A stretch of 64,000 bases of DNA from a virus. The translations under genes were made by a program, and so were the position numbers. The stretch is from IMG/VR virus record IMGVR_UViG_3300032073_000003, positions 55,467 through 119,466 of that record; one strand, 5' to 3'. The notes beneath the pieces were generated by a model. That model made no database searches and had not been told where the DNA came from. It worked only from the letters and a program-made list of their open reading frames with translations. Each line of letters opens with the position of its first letter. The first letter of the stretch is position 1. Positions 56,195 through 64,000 of this stretch are shown here, piece by piece.

Positions 56195-59100
56195 TTATGA
56201 ACATTTAAATGGATCTTCTTCTAATTCTAATTGAATTAATATTTCTTCATCAGTGATACCTTCAGTTTCACCAATTAATTCTGCTACTTGATTATACATA
56301 GTTGAACCAGGATTAACATACTGAAATTCTTCAAATAATCTTTTGCTTAAATATACAAATAATTCTTCGGGCATGGTTTCTTTATTACCAAATCCATATT
56401 CAGGAAAAGCTATTTTTCCATTTTTTTCTTGAATTTCTTTAACTACATTAATTCTTTTTTCCCAAATAGATTTTAACAAATCATATTGACTTGATGGTAA
56501 TTCTACTTTTTTACCATTTTGTACATGACTATATAAATCTGTAGGAAAGTTTATAGACATATTTGGAGCTTCTGACATAAAATACGAAGACCCTCCTAAA
56601 ATAGTATTATTTTCTATCTGTTCAGGTCTTATTTCAAATACACTTGTATTATGTAAAAAGACTATGTCATTATTATTCTTAGTTATATTTGAATAATAAT
56701 ATGAATTTTTAGCATTTTTATCATTATATGTATAAACATTAGATTCATCAGTAAGCTTGACACCAATTCTTTTTTCTTCAACTTCAGTATCCATATTAGT
56801 AGAATCTAATTCAACTCCAGTATCTTCAACTTCACTAGTTTGATCACCTAACTCACTTCTCACTTTCATTAAGATTCTAGGAAACTCTGTACCCCATTTA
56901 CTCTTGTCTTGCGTGTGTGTAAAAGTGGCATTACCTGTAGCTAACAAACTTTGTAAAGCTTTTGGGTTTTGTTTAAAAGATTCTATTAAAATATCTTTCA
57001 TTACAGTAGATGAATCTTTATCCCATTTAACTGTTTCTAATCCAGTTATTTTTCTACCTAAAGCTTTAGCTTGAGCACCTGTAATATTTCCTCTTAATTG
57101 TTCTGTTATTTTTGTATTGTTTGTATTTGAAGGAGCATATGCGGTTTTTGTTGCTTGAAACGCTGCTTCAACTGTTTGATAAGTTTCCCCAGCTACAGTA
57201 AATGGTCTTTTAGCAAAATTACTTAACTCAGCATTTTCATTAGTTCCTGCATATATATTTATTACCTCACTAGTTTGTGGTTGAGATACTTTAGCTTTTT
57301 TAACAGTTTTAAACTCGATATCAGATATATAATCTTTATATCTCTTTCTATTAATATTGTTAGAATTATTTTGTCTAGTAAACATAGTGTAAAAATCATC
57401 TAATACTTCTTGACCATTTTTTTCAAGAGCTGAAATAAAATCTTTAGATTCATTTTCTAGTATAGATAAAAATTCAGTATAGTCAACTACATTTGTAAAG
57501 TTTAACTTTGTTTTATTTAAACCTGTTTGTAAAAAACTATAAAGATTTAAGTATTTAAACATGTTACTTATTCTTAAATTTTCAACTGGATCTTTAACTT
57601 TAGCATATCCAGGATCTGATAGCTTTTTTAGATCACTAGTATAAAGATTAGATTTATCAGTATCAAAATCTTTTTCTGCTAAGTATATATTATAAACACC
57701 ATCTTGTTTACCACCATCTAATTTTAATTTATTTAATACAGGATACGTTTTTGCTAAATCAGAATTTTGATTTATCATATTCATAAATCTAATAGCAAAT
57801 GCATTTTCATCACTTTCAAATAAATGAAATAAATTGAATGAATTATCTAATGCTTTAACAGCTATTAATTTTTCATAAGTATATCTTACTGCTTTTTCTT
57901 GTGTTAAATCAGGTAAAAGTTCTTTAGTATTTTTAAGCTCTTCTTGAAAAGATTTAGCTTTAGCATATTCTTTAGTAAGAGGGTTTAAACTTCTTATATA
58001 TTCACGTTGAGATACAAATTTTAAATACTCATTAAAATTAGTTTCTGAGTTATTCCTAAACGTTGAAGGGTGTAATGGATATAATCCACGTTCTTCATAA
58101 GAATTTTTTACATCAGAATCTTTTTCCCAAGCGTTTTTTCTAAACTCTTTTTTAAGTTGTTTCATATCCATATATAAAACACCATCTTTTACAAATGCAC
58201 CTCTATTAAGATATTTAATTAATTTAGTAGGTACTTTTGTTTCTAAATCTAGAGATAAAAAATTATTTTTATTATCATATTTTCTTATTGTATTTTGTAA
58301 TATATAACTAACAATGTCATTTCTAAATACATTACTAAACATTTCAATATTTTGACCTGGAAATAAATAATCAATATCTTTTCTTATTGCTTCTTTTCTA
58401 CCAATTAAGTAATTAGTAATTTCAGGATGAAATCTTAATTTAAATAAAGGTTTACTTATAGCAAGTACTAAAGGTCCATTAAAAAATGACTTAAGAATAG
58501 TATTACTTTTCATATTATTTACTATCTCCAACGGCACTCTAGAGTCATTTTGTAAATCAGATAGATTTGCTTCTGTTTGCTCTACATCAGATATAGTAGA
58601 TTTAGTACTTGTATCAGGATTAGATGACATTTTAAGAGCTGTATAACCACCAATTTGCTGTTCTAATTCTAAATAATGTAAAAACATTGCTTTTGCCATG
58701 TCACTTTTAGAATCATCATTTTGAATAAGAGTTAACATATCAGATTCTGTAAAGTATTTTTTAGTCTTATTTGAAAAATAATCATCATTTAATTGTTTAG
58801 ATTTTTTATATCTATCTTGATTTTTACTTCTATGGGATAATTCTTTTGATTTAAAGTTTTTACGTATAACCTCAGTAGCTGCATTATATTTAGCTAAATA
58901 TGGTGATTTTATAGTTTTACCAAGTACATCGGCATATGTTGATAAAAATAAACGTTGCTCATTTACATAGTCTCTTACTAAAGGATTTGATACAAAATAT
59001 ATTGCTTCCTTAACAGGTACTCCAGATTTAATAAGATATAATAATGTAGGTGCTACTTCATAGTTACCTTGAATAAAAAATACCCAGGCATCTTTTTCAA

Positions 59101-62100
59101 CATCTACCCATCCATTCATCATTTGAGATATAACATCAGCAACTTTATTAATACCATCAACATCATACATATCTGATACAGATATAACATCATTACCATC
59201 TTTATCAGTCATTACATTATGTCTGAGTCTCATGTTACTTGTTCGTTCTTCTCCTTTTACAGTTTTATAGGTATCGGGCATATATGCTCCAATAGCATTC
59301 ATAATTACATTAAATGTATTTTCAATTGCACCAAGACCTAATGTCTTTTTACCTACAATGTTTGATTCATGCTTATATATATTATATAAGGCTTCTAAAA
59401 CTCTAGTAGGACTAATTTGACTAGTTTCCTTAGTCATTTTATTTTTCTTAGGGTTATATTTAGAAACATGTTTAGCAAGTTTATCTGCAATATCTTTTAA
59501 TATAAATGTACCATTAGGCATAATAAGTGATGCGTAGTTATCTGGTAATTCTAATATTTCTTTAATATCATTAATAAGTTCATTTTCTAATGCTGCCTTT
59601 TGAATTTTTACAGTGTTAAAAAATTCATCAGTACCTCTAAGATCTCTTATAAATTGTAAATCATCACCTAGTCTTTTGACTACTGTTCCATCCTCATTAA
59701 GAGTATTCATAAAAATTGTCAACTTATCAATATCAAAATCACCACCAGATTTAGCAACTATTTCTGCGGGAGGTACTATAATATTTCCTGCTTGTGGAGG
59801 TAAGAATTCAAATACTTCAGCAAATTCCATAGAGTTAAGACCTTGAACTGGTATTCTAACACCTACTAATGTTATTGCTCTTCTGTTAGCTCCATTATTA
59901 GCATCTAACCAAGAATCATCTTTAATTTTTTCATTTAATCTTTCTAAAGATTTGTCTATATTAAGACTTTTTGATGGAAATGTAACAGCTCCTATTCCTG
60001 TAAATTGTTTTGCTTTACCTTTTATATAAGCATTATATTGTCTTTCCGCATCTTTTTTATTTTTAACTACAATTATATCTAAATTATCTCCATCCTTGGA
60101 TTTTAAAGTTGCATGAGAATAATAATCTCCTAATATTTCAATCCCTTGATAAGTACCTCCTTTAATTCGTTTTCCTTCTTTATCATCTAGTATAAGACTA
60201 GATTTAATTTCTGGAGTAAGTTCAGATTCTAAAATAAAAAGTTTAGTATCTCCTTTTGTACTTTTTAATTCAGAAAAAGCCATATCATATATAGGATCTG
60301 CATCATATACACCTACATTTTCACCATTTTCATATTCTAAATTAAATAGGTTATAATAAGTACCTTGCATAGCTATCATAACTTTAGATGCTGCAGTATA
60401 TCCATTTGATTTTCTATGATATGCTGGTAACTCATAAGTTGCAGATGCCCATTTAGCTATTTCATCTTTAGTTGCATTTTTAAATTGAGGATTATTAATT
60501 TGGTTTTTAAACATTCCTACTGATACTTGAACTAAAGGTTCTCCAGCAACTTTTTGTTTAATAACTCTTTTATTAACCATTGAAAGAATTAACTTTTCTA
60601 TTTTAGCAGCTTCAGGATGGAAAGATAAATCATGTTGTAATTTACTTGTATTATCAAATACATCTATAAATTCAATTAAATCATCACTTAAAACATCTTC
60701 TCTTTCAAGATTTGTTCTAATCATGTTTAATAATTTACCTATACTTGACTTATCTTTTGCTCTATATTCTCCTGGAGTAGTTTCTTCATAACCCATTTCT
60801 TCAAGAAGTTCTAACTTAAGCAAGTCAGTATATTCTTCTACATGGTCTATATAACGTTTAACTCTTTCATTTGTAATTTCTTCATATTTAGTAGATTTAA
60901 TTACACCTCTTTCATAAAGACCTTCAAGAATTAACTTACGTAACTGAGTAGAAAATATAGTTTTACCTTTATATTCTGAATTAACTTCTGTCTGATTCTT
61001 TAAAAACTCAGCGTATATTGTATTTACTGTAAACTCAGAGTCTTTATTAAAGCTACCATCTTCATTAAGTACAACATCACCTGTTCCTATATGAGATACT
61101 TTAGAACCTGATTCCATTAATACATAATCTATTTGATCTTTTATCATTTTTTGATGTAAATCATATAATGGTGTTCCTTGTTTTGCCACACCTGGTATTA
61201 AAGGAGCTAATGAAAATTTATGAAATGAATTTACAGGTAATCCGGTAGATTCTATATTACCAAAATATTGTAACTTATATGAAGGGAAAAATTCTACTGT
61301 TTCCTCAACAGTAAGTTCTTCTCCTTTAGATATTTTTCTGTATAATCTTTCTTGATTGTCACTCCAATTAGATTCAGCTTCTTTTAATTGTCTATATGCT
61401 TCAATTGAAATCCACCCTTGACCATCTGCAATTTCCATTTTATTATATTCCTCTGCAGCTGTATCTGATATAGTTTTAGCTATTTTTTTATTTTTAGTTC
61501 TTTTATAAACACTATCGTAAATAACTTCTTTATATTCTTCATACATTTTTGAAGGCATTACCATTTCTTTTATAATAGCTGTTTTTAAAGTACCATCATA
61601 ATTTCTAGACTCAAACCCCATTCTATCAGCATAATACTTTTTTAAAGAACTAAGATATATTTGTGCTCTTCTATCAGCACGAAATCCTTTACCACCAGAT
61701 GATAAACCAGCATTTCTTTTATGAAATTCTTCTTTTGCATGATTATACTGCACAAGATCTCCATAAGCTAGAGTAACAGTTTCCATTTTATGTATAAAAG
61801 AATTATATGTATATGCTTTTATTAATGCTTCTTCTATATCTTCAATAGTTAATTCTGGATTGGTAACTGCTAATCTATTAATTAATCTCTCATCAATATA
61901 TTTAGCATCTTCTAATCTATTTATATTTTCATTAGTATTTTCAGTAAAATATTTAGATATATCGTTTTGGATTAACTCTCGTAATTCATAATTTTCATCT
62001 AATGCATCAATAAGATCAAATATACCAGACTTATCTTTAGATGCTTCATCTAATATATTATATAACTTTTCTTGAGTTGACTCAGTTAACATATCATCAA

Positions 62101-64000
62101 ATGCGGTAAGTGCTTGACCTGCCATGACAGTTGTTCCTTTCTCATCTTTTCTTTTTACCTCTCTATTATAACCAGCATATTCTTTAAACTTATCTATATT
62201 TTGCTGAAATCTAACTATTCTGTTAGCTTCTGCAGCAAGATAACCTTCAATAATATCATATGATTTTATTTCTCCATCACTATAACTTAAGAAAGATTCT
62301 ATATCTACATAAAGCTTATTTTCTTTTTTGCCATTATAAGTTTGTATAGTGCCGTCTACAGACATTCCTAATGCTGTATTTTTAGAAGCATGTCTCATAA
62401 ATTCTTCAACTCCATTCAATAACATTGTATGAATTTCTTGTAAAAATTTACTTGTTGCATCCATAGAAGCTGTACTAGTTCCTGTAGAATTCTTTCCTTT
62501 TTTTATTGTTTGAGTACCTGCTACATGTTGTAAAGTAATTTTAGTATCTGATAATTTTTCACCATATGTACTTGACATAGGATCTAAATCAAAAATAGAA
62601 TTTAAAAGTTTTGAATATGGACTAAATGTATTATTAGCTTCATTTAACCATCTCATATGTTTAAATCTACCATTAATATCAGCAGCATCAGTAGTTAATT
62701 CTTGCCAGTTTTCAGCATAATTAATAGCAGTAACAATTCTTGTAACTGTATTATCAACCATATGTTCCCATACTCTATTTCCCTCTGGTGTTTGTACACT
62801 AAAGTTTGAATAACCATCAGAAAACATATTTTGTATTTCAGCTAATGATCTAATTCTAGCTGACACATCTTCACTTTGTTCTTTATCTTCTCTAAGAGAT
62901 TCAGGTAATCCTTCCATTAACATTGTTAAGGGATCTTTCTTAAATTTTAAAACGTCAGGACTATTACTTTTATTTACAATTTTAACTACCTCGTACATTC
63001 TGTCCACACCAAACAAAGTGCTAAAGGGATTTTCAGTACTATTTATTATTTCTTTAATAGCAACACTGGATTCATCTAATACGACTCCAATAGCTTTTAA
63101 GAATTCATTAGCTTTTTTATAATTAAATGAACCTTTTACTCCAAAATCTTTAACAATCTTAGCAGTATTTAATAAGTTAACCCCTAATTCATCTTTTTCT
63201 ATATAAGGATTTACTTTACTATCTGCAGTTGTAAAATTAGATTTCCAATCTCTAGTAACTTGATATACATCAAAACTAGCTTTTGCTAATCTAGTTTCAT
63301 AATTACCATCTTCATTTTTACTTAAATTTAATTGTATATACGGTATTCTAGGTTTTTTAAAATCTTGCCAAAAAGCAGTTTCTAATTTAAACTCTTCTCT
63401 AGATGAGTATTCAGGTCCTTGTAAAACTCTAAAAGGATTTGGTAACACATCTAATAGTTGTTGAAGTTCTGGATAGTTTACACTACTTTCATATATTCTA
63501 ACATACATATCCATATCATCATACGAACCTTGTAATATCTTAGCAAGTTTATTCCAAGTACTAATAGTATCTTGTAATTTTGGTAATCCAAATTGACCTC
63601 GTACTCTAACAGCCTCTTTATTTTCAACAGACGTTTCAAATAAACTAGCTAATAGCATCATAGTTTCATCTTTAGCTAATTTAAAAGATGAGGTGCTATT
63701 ATCATCTTTTAGCTTAAATAAACTACTTTCACTAATGTTAGTAGGATCTTCTATTTCTATATATTGATCTTTTAATATATTAAATCTTGTTTTTTCTAAA
63801 TGATAAGATATTACATTGTCTTTTTTACCAAGATCAAATACATCATTTGGACCAATATAATTATCTGTTATTTTTTCTAATAATTCTAAATCTTCTAAGA
63901 AACCAGGTTCTGAAAGTAAATCTAAATCTTCTTGTAACTTTGATACATATGCTAACCTAAGTCTTTCAAATTTATCATATATATCTCTATATAATTCTTT
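56195..64000 (-). CDS. Virion-packaged RNA polymerase (crAss-like two-barrel RNAP) with an inserted NADAR domain; 5' end outside the window
   Basis: Catalytic GGDFDIDK (59726-59740), RIPVQG and ADGQG motifs. I checked the frame from 63661 to 64000 and found no stop, so the track's MML start is internal (at least 2601 aa in the window). Confidence 0.92.
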   Translation of the reverse strand, partial: KELYRDIYDKFERLRLAYVSKLQEDLDLLSEPGFLEDLELLEKITDNYIGPNDVFDLGKKDNVISYHLEKTRFNILKDQYIEIEDPTNISESSLFKLKDDNSTSSFKLAKDETMMLLASLFETSVENKEAVRVRGQFGLPKLQDTISTWNKLAKILQGSYDDMDMYVRIYESSVNYPELQQLLDVLPNPFRVLQGPEYSSREEFKLETAFWQDFKKPRIPYIQLNLSKNEDGNYETRLAKASFDVYQVTRDWKSNFTTADSKVNPYIEKDELGVNLLNTAKIVKDFGVKGSFNYKKANEFLKAIGVVLDESSVAIKEIINSTENPFSTLFGVDRMYEVVKIVNKSNSPDVLKFKKDPLTMLMEGLPESLREDKEQSEDVSARIRSLAEIQNMFSDGYSNFSVQTPEGNRVWEHMVDNTVTRIVTAINYAENWQELTTDAADINGRFKHMRWLNEANNTFSPYSKLLNSIFDLDPMSSTYGEKLSDTKITLQHVAGTQTIKKGKNSTGTSTASMDATSKFLQEIHTMLLNGVEEFMRHASKNTALGMSVDGTIQTYNGKKENKLYVDIESFLSYSDGEIKSYDIIEGYLAAEANRIVRFQQNIDKFKEYAGYNREVKRKDEKGTTVMAGQALTAFDDMLTESTQEKLYNILDEASKDKSGIFDLIDALDENYELRELIQNDISKYFTENTNENINRLEDAKYIDERLINRLAVTNPELTIEDIEEALIKAYTYNSFIHKMETVTLAYGDLVQYNHAKEEFHKRNAGLSSGGKGFRADRRAQIYLSSLKKYYADRMGFESRNYDGTLKTAIIKEMVMPSKMYEEYKEVIYDSVYKRTKNKKIAKTISDTAAEEYNKMEIADGQGWISIEAYRQLKEAESNWSDNQERLYRKISKGEELTVEETVEFFPSYKLQYFGNIESTGLPVNSFHKFSLAPLIPGVAKQGTPLYDLHQKMIKDQIDYVLMESGSKVSHIGTGDVVLNEDGSFNKDSEFTVNTIYAEFLKNQTEVNSEYKGKTIFSTQLRKLILEGLYERGVIKSTKYEEITNERVKRYIDHVEEYTDLLKLELLEEMGYEETTPGEYRAKDKSSIGKLLNMIRTNLEREDVLSDDLIEFIDVFDNTSKLQHDLSFHPEAAKIEKLILSMVNKRVIKQKVAGEPLVQVSVGMFKNQINNPQFKNATKDEIAKWASATYELPAYHRKSNGYTAASKVMIAMQGTYYNLFNLEYENGENVGVYDADPIYDMAFSELKSTKGDTKLFILESELTPEIKSSLILDDKEGKRIKGGTYQGIEILGDYYSHATLKSKDGDNLDIIVVKNKKDAERQYNAYIKGKAKQFTGIGAVTFPSKSLNIDKSLERLNEKIKDDSWLDANNGANRRAITLVGVRIPVQGLNSMEFAEVFEFLPPQAGNIIVPPAEIVAKSGGDFDIDKLTIFMNTLNEDGTVVKRLGDDLQFIRDLRGTDEFFNTVKIQKAALENELINDIKEILELPDNYASLIMPNGTFILKDIADKLAKHVSKYNPKKNKMTKETSQISPTRVLEALYNIYKHESNIVGKKTLGLGAIENTFNVIMNAIGAYMPDTYKTVKGEERTSNMRLRHNVMTDKDGNDVISVSDMYDVDGINKVADVISQMMNGWVDVEKDAWVFFIQGNYEVAPTLLYLIKSGVPVKEAIYFVSNPLVRDYVNEQRLFLSTYADVLGKTIKSPYLAKYNAATEVIRKNFKSKELSHRSKNQDRYKKSKQLNDDYFSNKTKKYFTESDMLTLIQNDDSKSDMAKAMFLHYLELEQQIGGYTALKMSSNPDTSTKSTISDVEQTEANLSDLQNDSRVPLEIVNNMKSNTILKSFFNGPLVLAISKPLFKLRFHPEITNYLIGRKEAIRKDIDYLFPGQNIEMFSNVFRNDIVSYILQNTIRKYDNKNNFLSLDLETKVPTKLIKYLNRGAFVKDGVLYMDMKQLKKEFRKNAWEKDSDVKNSYEERGLYPLHPSTFRNNSETNFNEYLKFVSQREYIRSLNPLTKEYAKAKSFQEELKNTKELLPDLTQEKAVRYTYEKLIAVKALDNSFNLFHLFESDENAFAIRFMNMINQNSDLAKTYPVLNKLKLDGGKQDGVYNIYLAEKDFDTDKSNLYTSDLKKLSDPGYAKVKDPVENLRISNMFKYLNLYSFLQTGLNKTKLNFTNVVDYTEFLSILENESKDFISALEKNGQEVLDDFYTMFTRQNNSNNINRKRYKDYISDIEFKTVKKAKVSQPQTSEVINIYAGTNENAELSNFAKRPFTVAGETYQTVEAAFQATKTAYAPSNTNNTKITEQLRGNITGAQAKALGRKITGLETVKWDKDSSTVMKDILIESFKQNPKALQSLLATGNATFTHTQDKSKWGTEFPRILMKVRSELGDQTSEVEDTGVELDSTNMDTEVEEKRIGVKLTDESNVYTYNDKNAKNSYYYSNITKNNNDIVFLHNTSVFEIRPEQIENNTILGGSSYFMSEAPNMSINFPTDLYSHVQNGKKVELPSSQYDLLKSIWEKRINVVKEIQEKNGKIAFPEYGFGNKETMPEELFVYLSKRLFEEFQYVNPGSTMYNQVAELIGETEGITDEEILIQLELEEDPFKCS

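Noticed and set aside
1585-59846. Opposite-strand or off-frame short ORFs in the track (e.g. 1585-1839, 3583-3843, 5191-5532, 7640-7864, 16820-17125, 23152-23337, 29468-29908, 42941-43231, 48075-48308, 53615-53881, 59613-59846)
   Set aside because: They lie inside or across well-supported genes and show shadow-ORF composition (S/L/F/I-rich) without motifs.
63659-63661. ORF-track start (MML...) for the RNA polymerase
   Set aside because: The frame stays open to the window edge, so the true start is upstream, outside the window.
1-64000. Stop-codon reassignment (known in some Crassvirales)
   Set aside because: All core genes, including ORFs over 2400 aa, are intact in the standard code, and TAG and TGA both end genes at sensible boundaries.

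Overview
The window is most of an AT-rich crAss-like (Crassvirales-type) phage genome. The host is probably a Bacteroidota/Flavobacteriia bacterium: translation starts are A-rich and lack Shine-Dalgarno motifs, TAnnTTTG promoter boxes are present, and one signal peptide has Gln at +1. The standard genetic code fits throughout. Three blocks are visible. (1) 1-16.4 kb, minus strand, late genes: portal (runs off the window), TerL, a PD-(D/E)XK nuclease, an HU-like protein, a four-gene lysis cassette, a tail fibre and LamG lectin proteins, a GroES-like protein and a DEDD exonuclease. (2) 16.7-48.6 kb, plus strand, early/replication genes: small promoter-gene-terminator cassettes, a largely non-coding structured region (18.1-19.9 kb), a TerD-like-domain protein with a Pnk-type phosphatase, many small ORFs, helicases, primase, PolB, UNG, an SPL-like radical SAM enzyme, ClpS and a MoxR/vWA pair. 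(3) 48.6-64 kb, minus strand: two giant virion cargo proteins, one being the virion RNA polymerase (DFDID motif; open beyond the window end). Strongest leads: a cluster of structured RNAs at 19.1-19.9 kb (two tandem stem-loops supported by covariation, plus a tRNA-like element ending in CCA) directly upstream of the TerD-like/Pnk-phosphatase gene pair, a candidate Ro/Y-RNA-like RNP or RNA-repair module; a repeated CTAACCCTnnACTR early promoter candidate; a NADAR domain inside the virion RNAP; and a small-gene cassette array joined by a conserved junction sequence. All family assignments come from motif recognition by eye; no searches were run.
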